From positions 1,504,001 through 1,568,000 of the forward strand of contig OY761614.1 in NCBI GenBank assembly GCA_963664825.1: 64,000 bases of DNA, written 5' to 3'. Source of the DNA: an uncultured Holophaga sp. (GTDB taxonomy: Bacteria > Acidobacteriota > Holophagae > Holophagales > Holophagaceae). Made by a program: the position numbers and the translations under genes. The notes under the pieces were generated by a model. That model searched no databases and was not told the DNA's origin. It was given only the letters and a program-made list of their open reading frames with translations. Below are positions 1 through 9,727 of this stretch, in pieces; position 1 is the stretch's first letter, and every line of letters begins with the position of its first letter.

Positions 1-1498
1 AGTAGTAGCCGGGGGCATCGTTGATATGGGTCTTGGTGGCCGCATCGCAAAAGGCCTCGCTGCGGGGGCTCGGGGGCTCCACCCCCTGGAGATCATGGAC
101 CAGCTTCCACCAGCGGGCATTCATCTGGTCGGCGGGCATCTTCCCGGCGTAGAAGTCGGCCTCCCACTCGGTCATGGTGCCGCTGCCCCAATACATGAAG
201 GGGATGGCCGTCTCCAGGGCTTCTGCCAGCAGCACCTGAATGGGATCGGCCTTGTAATCGGCGGGCAGGACGCCGGTGGCCTTCAGGTAGGGCACCTGAC
301 GGGTGGCCAGGGACATGAGCTCGGCCATGCCCTCATGGAAAGCCGTGGTGGCGCTGTCCCGCAGGAGGGGTGGCACGGAGGGGTTGGAATAGGCCAGCTG
401 GTAGTAGCCGTGGCCAATCTCATGATGGGCGGTGCTGAACCATTGGAAGTTGGGCTCCACGTTCATGAGGGCGCGCACATCCTGGTTCAGGTCGATGTGC
501 CAGCAGGAGGCGTGGCTGTTCTTCTTGCGGGTGTCGCCGGGTTTGATGGGGTAGAGATCCGACTTCTGCCAGAAGCTCTCGGGCAGCTTGGGGAAGCCGA
601 TGCTCTGGAAGAAGCTCTCGGCGGTCTTCACGATCTTCTCTGAGGTCCAGCCCTTCTCCGTGTTCACGAAGGCGTCGAAGTTGACCCCTTCGACCATGCC
701 CGTCCATTCCTGGCTCCAGCGGTTATTGATCCAGTGGGCAGGGATGGCCTTGGGCACGGGCTGCTTGTACTTCTTGGCCAGCTCGTACTTGGCCCAGGTG
801 TGCAGTTGCAGATAGAGCGGCTTCAGCACGGTGAGGAAGTCCCGGTGGAGCTTCAGCATCTCCTCGGTGGTCATGCCGTGTTTGGCGGCCTGGAGGGCGA
901 AGAAATCCGCGTAGCCCAGTTCCTGGGCGCAGCCATTGCGCAGATCCCGAAGCTGGATGAGGCCCTCCTTGAGCACCGGGCCATTCTCCTTGGAGGCCGT
1001 CCAGGCCTTCAGGCGCTCGGCTGGGTCCCGGCTCTCTTCCAGAATCTTATCGATGCCATTGGCGGAGATGGGTTTGCCATCCAGCAGGAAGGTGAAACCG
1101 TTTTGGGTGGAGGCCTGCTTGGTCTCCATGGCGATGCGGCGGCCCGTGAGGGCCGGGTTGGTCATGGGGCCGTCGGCGGCGTTGAAGAGCACGCGCTCCA
1201 GTTCCCGGATGGTGAGGGGATTGAGCTGGCTCCTGGATTTGAGGAGTTCCCGGGCCTCCTGGATGAGGGCGGGGTTGCCATTGAAGGCGGCCCCGGCCTT
1301 GCCGGACCATTCGGCCGCCGCATCGTTTTCGGGCTTTACGTCCGTGCTGGCGGCCCAGGCGGCTTCCTGCTGGACGGCCGTGAGGGACTGGTAGGCCGCG
1401 TTCACCAGCTTCAGCAGGTGATCGGCCCGCTCCTGGTAGGGGGAAAGGGACTGGGCGATCATGGGCACACCGAGGATGAGGGCGGGGAGCAGGCGCAT
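1..1498 (-). CDS. M2-family (peptidyl-dipeptidase A/ACE-like) zinc metallopeptidase, secreted; 3' end runs off the window
   Basis: Not in the ORF track because it has no stop in the window. Manual translation from ATG 1498 (SD GGAGG upstream) gives MRLLPALILGVPMIAQ..., the zinc motif AHHEIGHGYY and a downstream AFHEGMAE, as in M2 gluzincins. Confidence 0.85.
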   Translation of the reverse strand, partial: MRLLPALILGVPMIAQSLSPYQERADHLLKLVNAAYQSLTAVQQEAAWAASTDVKPENDAAAEWSGKAGAAFNGNPALIQEARELLKSRSQLNPLTIRELERVLFNAADGPMTNPALTGRRIAMETKQASTQNGFTFLLDGKPISANGIDKILEESRDPAERLKAWTASKENGPVLKEGLIQLRDLRNGCAQELGYADFFALQAAKHGMTTEEMLKLHRDFLTVLKPLYLQLHTWAKYELAKKYKQPVPKAIPAHWINNRWSQEWTGMVEGVNFDAFVNTEKGWTSEKIVKTAESFFQSIGFPKLPESFWQKSDLYPIKPGDTRKKNSHASCWHIDLNQDVRALMNVEPNFQWFSTAHHEIGHGYYQLAYSNPSVPPLLRDSATTAFHEGMAELMSLATRQVPYLKATGVLPADYKADPIQVLLAEALETAIPFMYWGSGTMTEWEADFYAGKMPADQMNARWWKLVHDLQGVEPPSPRSEAFCDAATKTHINDAPGYY

Positions 1499-1648
1499 GG
1501 AACCTCCGGATTCAGCCCCCATTCTGCACTGTCCCGGTCTGTGACGAACCGCAAAGAATTGCCATGGACAACCTGACGAATGGGGCCTCCGTGGTACCCT
1601 CCCCCAGTGGAGGGCGCCTCGCCTTCCCCCAACCTCGAAGGATGCCTT

Positions 1649-3001
1649 ATGCGCTACCTGCCATCGGCCCCCTCAGAGGACCGTGCGCTTCTGGACGCCA
1701 TCGGCGTCGAAAGCGCCGAGGCCCTCTTGAAGGGAATACCTCCCGAGCTCCGCCTCCAGCGTGAGTTGGATCTTCCGCCCCAGGCCTCGGAGCTCGAAGT
1801 GCTTCGGACCATGGAGGCCTTCGCCGCCCAGAATCGGCGCTTCAAGGCCCGCTTCCTGGGAGCCGGGGCCTACGAGCACTTCGTCCCCACGGCGGTGGAT
1901 ATGCTCACCAGCCGGGAGGAGTGGTTCACGGCCTACACCCCCTATCAGCCGGAGGTGGCCCAGGGCACCCTCCAGGCCATCTTCGAGTATCAGACCCTGA
2001 TCTGCGATCTGGTGGGCCTGGATGTCACCAATGCCTCCATGTATGACGGCGCCACGGCTACCGTGGAGGCCGCGCTCATGGCCGTGCGGGTGGCCAAGAA
2101 GAAGCACACCATCCTCATCAGCGAGGGTCTCCATCCCCACTATCAGGAGGTGCTCTGCACCAATATCACGCCCCACGAGGGCCTGAAGCTGGTGCAGGTG
2201 GCCCTCAAGGATGGGGTCACCGATCTCGAGGATCTCCGGGCCAAGCTGGGCTCCGATGTGGCCTGCGTCCTGGTGGGCTATCCCAATTTCCTGGGTTGCG
2301 TGGAAGACCTCAAGGCCATCCAGGAGCTCACCAAGGCCGCGGGGGCCCTGCTGGTATCGGTCACCCAGGAGGCCATGGCCTTCGGCTGGTTCGAGGCTCC
2401 AGGCCGCCTGGGCGTGGACATGGCCTGCGGCGAGGCCATGAGCTTCGGCAACTACGTCAGCTTCGGCGGCCCCTACCTGGGTTTCCTGGCCACCAAGGAC
2501 GCCTTCAAACGGGAGATCCCCGGACGCCTCATCGGCCAGACGAAGGATCTGGATGGACAGAACGGATATGTGCTGACCCTGGCCAGCCGGGAGCAGCACA
2601 TCCGCCGGGACAAGGCCACCTCCAACATCTGTTCGAACCAGGGCCTGGTGGCCCTGCGGGCCAATATCTTCCTCCAGCTGGCGGGCCCCGAGGGCCTGCG
2701 CGGCCTGGCCGAGCAGAATGCCGCCAAGGCCCAGTACCTGCGACAGCGCCTGCTGGAGCTACCGGCCTTCGAAGCCGTCCAGGATCAGCCCTTCTTCAAT
2801 GAATTCGTCCTGCGCTACAAGGGCGATGTGAAGGCGATGCAGGAGGCCTGCGCCTCCCATGACATCCTGGCCGGGCTGGATCTGAGCCCCTACGGCGGTT
2901 CTCTCAAGGGTTGCACCCTCTGGTGCGCCACCGAGACCACCACCCGTGAGCAGATCGAAAGCCTCGTCGAAGTGTTGGCCCGTATCCCAAGTCTTGGATG
3001 A
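1649..3001 (+). CDS. gcvPA: Glycine dehydrogenase (decarboxylating) subunit 1
   Basis: MRYLP start; motifs TAYTPYQPEVAQG, NASMYDGA and REQHIRRDKATSNICSNQ. Confidence 0.95.
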   Translation: MRYLPSAPSEDRALLDAIGVESAEALLKGIPPELRLQRELDLPPQASELEVLRTMEAFAAQNRRFKARFLGAGAYEHFVPTAVDMLTSREEWFTAYTPYQPEVAQGTLQAIFEYQTLICDLVGLDVTNASMYDGATATVEAALMAVRVAKKKHTILISEGLHPHYQEVLCTNITPHEGLKLVQVALKDGVTDLEDLRAKLGSDVACVLVGYPNFLGCVEDLKAIQELTKAAGALLVSVTQEAMAFGWFEAPGRLGVDMACGEAMSFGNYVSFGGPYLGFLATKDAFKREIPGRLIGQTKDLDGQNGYVLTLASREQHIRRDKATSNICSNQGLVALRANIFLQLAGPEGLRGLAEQNAAKAQYLRQRLLELPAFEAVQDQPFFNEFVLRYKGDVKAMQEACASHDILAGLDLSPYGGSLKGCTLWCATETTTREQIESLVEVLARIPSLG

Positions 3002-3011
3002 GGTGACGAAC

Positions 3012-4511
3012 ATGGCCCTCCGAACCCGTGAAACCCTGATTTTTGAACGCTCCGTGCCCGGCAAGGTGGGCATGGATCTCCCCCTCCTCGATGTGCCCAA
3101 AGCCCAGGACACGCGGCCCGCGCACCTGAAGCGGGGGGCCTTCGAGGCCCTCCCCTCCTGCTGCGAGGTCGATATCGTCCGCCACTTCACGCGGCTCTCC
3201 AAGTGGAACTACGGCCTGGACGATGGCATGTATCCCCTGGGCTCCTGCACCATGAAGCACAACCCGAGGCTCAACGAGAAGACCGCCATGCTGCCGGGCT
3301 TCACCGACAGCCATCCCATGGCCCAGGACATCCATGTCCAGGGCAATCTGGCCCTGATGTACACCCTGGAGAACTGGCTGAAGGAGATCACCGGCCTGCC
3401 TGCCGTCACGTTGCATCCAAGTGCCGGAGCCGCCGGCGAACTCACCGGCATCATGCTCATCCGCGCCTATCACGTCTCCAAGGGCAACCACCGCCGGGTG
3501 ATCCTGATCCCCGATAGCGGACATGGCACGAACCCGGCCTCCGCCAGCATGGCTGGCTTTGAAGTCATCGAGATGCCCTCCCGGGAGGACGGCACTATCA
3601 GCTTCGAGGATGTGACCGATCCCAGCACCGGCAAGGTCCGCAAGGGCTTCGCCACCCTGGTGAAGGAACTGGGCAGCGAGATCGCCGGGGCCATGATCAC
3701 CAACCCCAATACCCTCGGCATCTTCGAATACCGCATCAAGGAGATCGCCGGCATCCTCCATGGCATCGGCGCCCTGCTCTACATGGATGGCGCCAACATG
3801 AACGCCCTGGTGGGCACGGCCCGTCCCGGCGACTTCGGCGTGGACGTGATGCACCTGAACCTCCACAAGACCTTCTCCACCCCTCACGGGGGCGGCGGTC
3901 CGGGCTCGGGTCCCGTGGCGTGCAGCGCGGCCCTGGAGCCCTTCCTGCCCCGGCCTGTGGTGGTGAAGGAGGGCGCAAACTACCGCCTGGACTGGAACCG
4001 TCCCAGCAGCATGGGCAAGGTGCACGCCTTCTTCGGCAACTTCGGCATCGTGGTCCGCGCCATGACCTACTGCCTGAGCCATGGCAGCGACGGCCTCAAG
4101 GCCGCCACCCTGCGGGCTATTCTGAACGCCAATTACATTCGAAAGGAACTCACCGGGGTCTACCACCTGCAGTACGACACGCCGACCCTGCACGAGATCG
4201 TCTTCGACGATAGCTTCCAGACCAAGCAGGATGTGAGCACGCTGGATATCGCCAAGCGGCTCCTGGACTACGGTTTCCATCCCCCGACGATCTACTTCCC
4301 CCTCATCGTCCACGGCGCGCTCATGATCGAGCCCACCGAGAGCGAGAGCAAGGAAGAGATGGATGTCTTCATCGACACCATGAAGAAGATCGCCCAGGAG
4401 GCGACCGAAGATTCCGGCCTCCTGCATCAGGCCCCCACCACCACTGTGGTGCGTCGCATGGACGAGACACTGGCCGCCCGCAAGCCCGTGTTGAAGTGGA
4501 CGAAGGCCTGA
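3012..4511 (+). CDS. gcvPB: Glycine dehydrogenase (decarboxylating) subunit 2
   Basis: Motifs YPLGSCTMKHNP, HGTNPASA and the PLP-lysine motif HLNLHKTFSTPHGGGGPG. Confidence 0.95.
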   Translation: MALRTRETLIFERSVPGKVGMDLPLLDVPKAQDTRPAHLKRGAFEALPSCCEVDIVRHFTRLSKWNYGLDDGMYPLGSCTMKHNPRLNEKTAMLPGFTDSHPMAQDIHVQGNLALMYTLENWLKEITGLPAVTLHPSAGAAGELTGIMLIRAYHVSKGNHRRVILIPDSGHGTNPASASMAGFEVIEMPSREDGTISFEDVTDPSTGKVRKGFATLVKELGSEIAGAMITNPNTLGIFEYRIKEIAGILHGIGALLYMDGANMNALVGTARPGDFGVDVMHLNLHKTFSTPHGGGGPGSGPVACSAALEPFLPRPVVVKEGANYRLDWNRPSSMGKVHAFFGNFGIVVRAMTYCLSHGSDGLKAATLRAILNANYIRKELTGVYHLQYDTPTLHEIVFDDSFQTKQDVSTLDIAKRLLDYGFHPPTIYFPLIVHGALMIEPTESESKEEMDVFIDTMKKIAQEATEDSGLLHQAPTTTVVRRMDETLAARKPVLKWTKA

Positions 4512-4525
4512 TCTTCTTTCCCTTT

Positions 4526-4566
4526 TATACAGAACGAGGCCGGGTTTCCCGGCCTCGTTCTGTATA
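4526..4566. terminator. Probable bidirectional intrinsic terminator between convergent gcvPB and ridA
   Basis: Perfect 19-bp inverted repeat TATACAGAACGAGGCCGGG-TTT-CCCGGCCTCGTTCTGTATA. The flanks are pyrimidine-rich on the left and purine-rich on the right rather than canonical U-tails. Confidence 0.7.
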
Positions 4567-4577
4567 GAGGAAAAACT

Positions 4578-4955
4578 TCAAATCTCGGCGATGAGTTCGA
4601 TCTCGACCTTCGCCCCCTTGGGCAGTCCGGCGACCTGCACCGTGCTGCGGGCGGGCTTGGCGCCGTTGAGATGCTGCTCGTATACCTTGTTGAAGGCGCC
4701 GAAATCAGCCATGTCCGTCAGGAAGACGGTGGTCTTGACGACGCGGTCCCAGCCGGTCACGGCTTCCTTGATGACGGCGTCCAGGTTCTGGAGGACTCGC
4801 AGGGTCTGGGCCTCGATGGAACCCGTCACCATCTCCATGGTCTCGGGGACGAGGGGGATCTGGCCGGAGGTGAAGAGCAGGTTGCCCACGATCTTGGCCT
4901 GGCTGTAAGGGCCGATGGCGTCGGGGGCATTGGGGGTTGCGATGGTTCGGATCAT
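4578..4955 (-). CDS. ridA: RidA/YjgF family enamine/imine deaminase
   Basis: Motifs AIGPYSQA, SGQIP, VVKTTVFL and PARSTVQVAGLP..AKVEIE. Confidence 0.92.
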   Translation of the reverse strand: MIRTIATPNAPDAIGPYSQAKIVGNLLFTSGQIPLVPETMEMVTGSIEAQTLRVLQNLDAVIKEAVTGWDRVVKTTVFLTDMADFGAFNKVYEQHLNGAKPARSTVQVAGLPKGAKVEIELIAEI

Positions 4956-4975
4956 GGGATTCCTCTAGAAGAAGG

Positions 4976-5950
4976 TTAATTTTTTCCCCAGCGTCGCTTC
5001 TTCCCGCGCCAGCCCTTATGGGGGGTCGGGGCGGGGGCGGGCATGGGGCTCTCGAAAGGCGAGGCCAGGGTCGCCTCTCCCGGGGTGGTCTCTGGGTCCT
5101 CCAGATTCCCTACACCCTCCTCGATCTGTGTCTGCACCACCTGGGCCGTGCGGTGCATGAGGGCGGCCAGGCAGAGGCTGGCCTCGATGCGGGCGTGGGG
5201 CAGTGGCCCCAGTTGCACGAAGACACTTGGGTCAGGGGGAATGTTCCTGGGGATGATGAATTCCGGGAGAGGCGCCGAAAGCGTGTCGTAGGCTTCGGGA
5301 GTCACCCGCAGCCAGGGATCGGCGAAGGCGTGTTTCCGGGCCAGGAGCTCCAGCAGGGAAACGACCTTCCTGGGCCTTCCCCGCTTGCGGGGGGCGGGTT
5401 CGGTGGTTTCGTTGGAGGCGTCCAGGAGGGCCTGGAGGGCCTCCAGGATTTCATCCTTGGTCTTGCCCCGCAGATCGAAGAGCAGCCAGGGGTCCCGGTC
5501 CAGGGCCTCGGCCATGATGTAGCAGGCCGCGGCCACATGCTTGCAGGGATTGGCCCAGTCGGGGCAATCGCAGTGGGTCTGCAGTTCCTTGGGGACCCTT
5601 GGATAGAGGCTGGCCCCGGCCTCCCGGAAGGTCTCATCGAGGCCTTGAGGCATCTCGCCGGCCAGCAGCGAGGCCACGAAGCGGCTCTCCTGGGCGATGC
5701 GTTCGAGGGCCTTCTCCCACTGGGTGGCGCTGAGGGCTGGGAGCCCGAGGGTGACGTTGTAGGTCTTGCGGCCATGCACCTTGGCCTGGATCTCCCCGGG
5801 GATGATCGTGAAGTGGCTGACGGCGCCTTCTTCCGCGTATTTCTTGCCCCGGGGCAGGCGGTTCTCGTAATCATCGCCCAGTTTCTCCAGGCCGCTGATC
5901 CAGAGGCGGCCCCACCAGGTGGTGCCGAAGCGATCGCTGGAATGGATCAT
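4976..5950 (-). CDS. SWIM zinc-finger protein with an AT-hook motif
   Basis: FGTTWWG start; CDCPD..NPCKH SWIM motif; DPWLLFDLRG; PRKRGRPRK. Its start overlaps the SNF2 stop (ATGA). Confidence 0.9.
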   Translation of the reverse strand: MIHSSDRFGTTWWGRLWISGLEKLGDDYENRLPRGKKYAEEGAVSHFTIIPGEIQAKVHGRKTYNVTLGLPALSATQWEKALERIAQESRFVASLLAGEMPQGLDETFREAGASLYPRVPKELQTHCDCPDWANPCKHVAAACYIMAEALDRDPWLLFDLRGKTKDEILEALQALLDASNETTEPAPRKRGRPRKVVSLLELLARKHAFADPWLRVTPEAYDTLSAPLPEFIIPRNIPPDPSVFVQLGPLPHARIEASLCLAALMHRTAQVVQTQIEEGVGNLEDPETTPGEATLASPFESPMPAPAPTPHKGWRGKKRRWGKN

Positions 5951-8900
5951 CCGATCACTCCTCTTGGTTTCGGGGGGCGCCCGCGACGTCGGGGCGGGGG
6001 CTTGGGGGCAGAGGCGATCCTGACCTCGGGGGCTTGGGATCCTGTCTCAAGGGGGGCGGCCTCTTCCTCAGGGGCTTGGTGGGGGGAGGCGTGCTCCAGC
6101 AGAGGGGGGTGAGCGATGCCGTTGCATTCCTCATCGGTCATCAGGTCCACATCGGTATCCAGGCTCACCAGATGGCGCAGGGCCTCATCATCCAGCTGGG
6201 TGAGCCAGCCTTCTCCGCTGCCCACCACGCGATCAGCCAGATCGCGCTTGCTCTCGAGCATGGCGTCGATCTTTTCTTCCAGGGTGCCCATGGTGATGAG
6301 CTTGTGGACCTGGACGTTGCGGGTCTGGCCGATGCGGTAGGTGCGGTCCGTGGCCTGGTCTTCCACCGCCGGGTTCCACCAGCGATCGAAGTGGAAGACG
6401 TGGGTGGCCGCCGTGAGATTGAGGCCCACGCCACCGGCCTTGAGGCTGAGGATCAGGACCGGGGCGCCATCGGCGTCCTCCTGGAAGGAGCGCACCATCT
6501 CGTCGCGCTGATCCCGGGTGGTGCCACCGTGCAGGAAAGGCGGTTCGAAGCCCAGCACATCCTTCAGGTGGATCTGGAGGCGGTCCCCCATCTCCTTGAA
6601 CTGGGTGAAGACCAGGGCCTTGTCGCCGGTCTCCATGACTTCTTCGAGCATATCCGTGAGGCGTTCAAGCTTGCCGCTCCTGGCCTTGTAGGGCCCCTGT
6701 TGCTTGAGAAACTGGCTGGGGTGGTTGCAGATCTGCTTGAGGTGGGTGAGGAGCGCCAGGATGCGCCCCCGGCGCTCCATGCCGGTGGAGGCGGCCAGGT
6801 CTTGCTCCATCTGCCCCACCCGGGCCTGGTAGAGCGCGGCCTGCTCCTTGGTGAGCTGGGTGTAGACCTTCATTTCGTTCTTCTCGGGCAGATCCTGGAT
6901 GATGGCCCGGTCCGTCTTCAGGCGGCGGAGGATGAAGGGGCCCACCCGCTGGCGCAGTTCCAGCGCCGCGTCGGGATCGCGATACTTCTCGATGGGGTTG
7001 GCGAAGTGCTCCTTGAAGCTGCTCTCGCTGCCCAGGTATCCCGTGAGGGCGAAGGCGAGAATGGACCACAATTCCACCAGCCTATTCTCGATGGGCGTGC
7101 CTGTGAGGGCGATCTTGAAAGGCGCCCGGATGCGGCGCATGGCCTTGGCCTGGGCGCTGCCGGCGTTCTTGATGCCCTGGGCCTCGTCGACCACCACGCC
7201 GCCCCAGGTGCGGGCCCCGAAGATCTCCTCCTCCCGGCGGATCACGCCATAGGTGGAGAGCACGATGGTGTGGGGCCTGAAGGTCATCGGCAAGGTCTCG
7301 CGGTTATTGCCGTGATGGACGAAGAAGGGGAGGCTCGGGGAGAATTTGGCGATCTCGCGCTCCCAGTTGCCCAACAGGGACGTGGGGCAGACCAGCAGGA
7401 GGGGCGGGCCGAAGGAGGGGCTCTGCTCCTGGCGGTGCAGCATCAGGGCCAGCACCTGGATGGTCTTGCCCAGGCCCATATCGTCGGCCAGGATGCCCCC
7501 CAGCCCCAGGCGCGTCAGGCCCTCCAGCCAGGCCAGGCCCCGCAGCTGGTAGGGGCGCAGCTCTCCCTTGAAACTCTTGGGCTGAGTGAGGGGCTTGTCG
7601 GGCAGGTTCTTCAGCTCGGAGAGGGCGGCGCCAAAGTCCCCGGCCACTTCCACTTCGATGGCCTCGCTCACGCCTGGGATGCGCGTGGTGCCCGTGAGGG
7701 CGGCGGCCAGGGCCTGACCCCGGCTCATGCTATCGAAACCCTTCTCCCGGCTGGCCTGGATGACGGCGCTGATCTGCTTGAGGGTCTCGGGATCCAGGGC
7801 CACCCATTTGCCCTTCCAGGCCACCAGCGGATGCTTGAGGCTGGCCATCTGGGCGAAGTCTTCGATCTCCAATTGATCGTCGCCGAGCATGAGGGACCAC
7901 TCGGCCGAGACAGAGCCCTCCAGGCCCTCCTGGCGAGCCTGAAGGGTCGGGGCTTCCTCCATGCGGTGGGCGCCCAGGCGCACCTTGGCCCGCAGGCGTC
8001 GAGCTCCGCCGAATTCGGCCATGCCCTCGGGGATATGGACCAGGAATCCGGCTTCCTTGAGCTGGTCGGCCCCTCGAGTGAGGAAGATCCAGGCTTCGGT
8101 GGGGAGCAGGACCATATCCTCGGGCTTCTGGCCCGAGAGGGCCCCTTCCAGGGCCGGAAAGAAGGGTACGGCCCGGGCCAGACCGCGGAGTAGCACCTTG
8201 CGGGCCTCCAGCACCACCTCTTCGGTGGAGGGCTCCCAGAGCCGGGCCACGGGGATGAATTCATCGTCCTGGTTCTCCAGGCCCACCTTCAGGATCCAGC
8301 CTTCTTCACTCAGGCGATCGGCCTCCTGGATGGCGTCCAGATCGCAGGGGACGGGCGGGGCTTCCAGGCAGAGGCTGGGACGGGTCCATTGGGGCCGAGC
8401 GCCCTCGCTCCACTGCTCTAGTTGTTCTCCCAAGGTGCGCTCCGTCACGCCGATGGTGGGGAACTCGTTCATGGGATGGGAAAGGGCCACCATCAGGCGC
8501 TCGTCCCAGGGCAGGCGGTCCCGCTTGTGGCCGCGCAGGCGGTGGATGAGGCCCAGGCGAGGGTCCTCGCCCTGTCTCAGACCCCCGGCCACCAGGCGCA
8601 CCAGGAAATCGGCCCCATCCTCCAGGAAGGCCCGCAGCAGGCCTTCGGCCGAGGGGGGCATGGCGAGATCGTCATCGACCTCCTCCATATCGAGGGTGCC
8701 CAGGGCCAGGCCCTTGGTGAAGACCCAGATATCGTCCTCAGGGAAGGCCAGCACGGAAGGCGGCATGGCCGCCACCAGGTGATCCAGGGCCTTCCGGTCC
8801 GCGGGGCTGGTGAGGCTGATGCCCCACATCGCTCGCCAGGGATTGGTCTCAGTGTTGAGTTGGGGCAGGAGGGCTCCCCGGATGACCAGGGACTGGAGCA

Positions 8901-9195
8901 GCCGCAGGGCGGAGGACCAGAAGGCCAGACTGCCCCCCAGGTGTTCCGGATCCGCAGGCAGGCTGGCCAGCCAGGGAAGGGCCCGCTGCCAGCGGAGGGG
9001 CACGGTGTGGCCCTCCACCAGGGTGCCATCGGGCAGGAAGAGCTGGGCCCGGGCTGGCGTGAGCCGATCCCGGCCGTGCAGGTTCCCAGGCAGGCTCCGG
9101 AGGACCCGCTGCCAGGTGGCGGGGTCCGCGGGACCTGGCAGGGCGATGACGAAACCGCGGTCGAGCGGGCGATACTGGAGGACAGGACGGATCAT
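5947..9195 (-). CDS. SNF2-family (DUF3670-associated) ATP-dependent helicase/translocase
   Basis: Motifs LRPYQ, LADDMGLGKT, DEAQ, LTGTPIEN, LKQICNHP, SLKAGGVGLNL, DRWWNPAVEDQATDR and RIGQ. Confidence 0.95.
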   Translation of the reverse strand: MIRPVLQYRPLDRGFVIALPGPADPATWQRVLRSLPGNLHGRDRLTPARAQLFLPDGTLVEGHTVPLRWQRALPWLASLPADPEHLGGSLAFWSSALRLLQSLVIRGALLPQLNTETNPWRAMWGISLTSPADRKALDHLVAAMPPSVLAFPEDDIWVFTKGLALGTLDMEEVDDDLAMPPSAEGLLRAFLEDGADFLVRLVAGGLRQGEDPRLGLIHRLRGHKRDRLPWDERLMVALSHPMNEFPTIGVTERTLGEQLEQWSEGARPQWTRPSLCLEAPPVPCDLDAIQEADRLSEEGWILKVGLENQDDEFIPVARLWEPSTEEVVLEARKVLLRGLARAVPFFPALEGALSGQKPEDMVLLPTEAWIFLTRGADQLKEAGFLVHIPEGMAEFGGARRLRAKVRLGAHRMEEAPTLQARQEGLEGSVSAEWSLMLGDDQLEIEDFAQMASLKHPLVAWKGKWVALDPETLKQISAVIQASREKGFDSMSRGQALAAALTGTTRIPGVSEAIEVEVAGDFGAALSELKNLPDKPLTQPKSFKGELRPYQLRGLAWLEGLTRLGLGGILADDMGLGKTIQVLALMLHRQEQSPSFGPPLLLVCPTSLLGNWEREIAKFSPSLPFFVHHGNNRETLPMTFRPHTIVLSTYGVIRREEEIFGARTWGGVVVDEAQGIKNAGSAQAKAMRRIRAPFKIALTGTPIENRLVELWSILAFALTGYLGSESSFKEHFANPIEKYRDPDAALELRQRVGPFILRRLKTDRAIIQDLPEKNEMKVYTQLTKEQAALYQARVGQMEQDLAASTGMERRGRILALLTHLKQICNHPSQFLKQQGPYKARSGKLERLTDMLEEVMETGDKALVFTQFKEMGDRLQIHLKDVLGFEPPFLHGGTTRDQRDEMVRSFQEDADGAPVLILSLKAGGVGLNLTAATHVFHFDRWWNPAVEDQATDRTYRIGQTRNVQVHKLITMGTLEEKIDAMLESKRDLADRVVGSGEGWLTQLDDEALRHLVSLDTDVDLMTDEECNGIAHPPLLEHASPHQAPEEEAAPLETGSQAPEVRIASAPKPPPRRRGRPPKPRGVIG

Positions 9196-9223
9196 TCCGT
9201 TACATTTCTCTGGAGAAGTGAAA

Positions 9224-9649
9224 ATGCGAATTGGGTTTGCGAGCGACCATGCGGGCTTTGACCTGAAAGAACACCTGAAGAGATGGGCAGTGGCCCAGGG
9301 ACACGAGGCCGTGGACTTTGGTACCGAGGGTCTTGCCTCTGTGGACTATCCGGATTTCGCGCACCGGGCGGCGGAAGGGAAGAGCAAGTGGGACAGACTG
9401 GTGCTAGTTTGCGGTTCCGGCATCGGGATCAGCATGGCGGCCAACCGCCATGCCGGCATCCGCTGCGCCCTGGTGACCTCCCCAGCGCACGCCGAACTGG
9501 CTCGTCAGCACAATGACGCAAACGCCATCGCTTTCGGCCAGCGGCTGACGGATCCGCTGCAGGCTGAATCTTACCTCAAAATCTTCTTGGAAACCCCTTT
9601 TGAAGGGGGAAGGCACCAGAGGCGAGTGGAAAAGATCGAGATCGCCTAG
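9224..9649 (+). CDS. rpiB: Ribose-5-phosphate isomerase B
   Basis: Motifs SDHAG, DYPD, CGSGIG, HNDAN and FEGGRHQRR. Confidence 0.95.
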   Translation: MRIGFASDHAGFDLKEHLKRWAVAQGHEAVDFGTEGLASVDYPDFAHRAAEGKSKWDRLVLVCGSGIGISMAANRHAGIRCALVTSPAHAELARQHNDANAIAFGQRLTDPLQAESYLKIFLETPFEGGRHQRRVEKIEIA

Positions 9650-9727
9650 ACCTCTGGGTGAGTGATTCCAAAGGTTCAGGGGTTTTCAGGGAATTTTCAA
9701 GTTCTATTGTCAGAACGAAAGGTCTTC

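Noticed and set aside
26..1576. Plus-strand ORFs 26-643 and 734-1576
   Set aside because: These are antisense shadows of the minus-strand M2 peptidase, which carries the recognisable motifs.
1500..1648. Glycine riboswitch upstream of gcvPA
   Set aside because: The region is short and lacks recognisable aptamer motifs; gcvT and gcvH are not adjacent.
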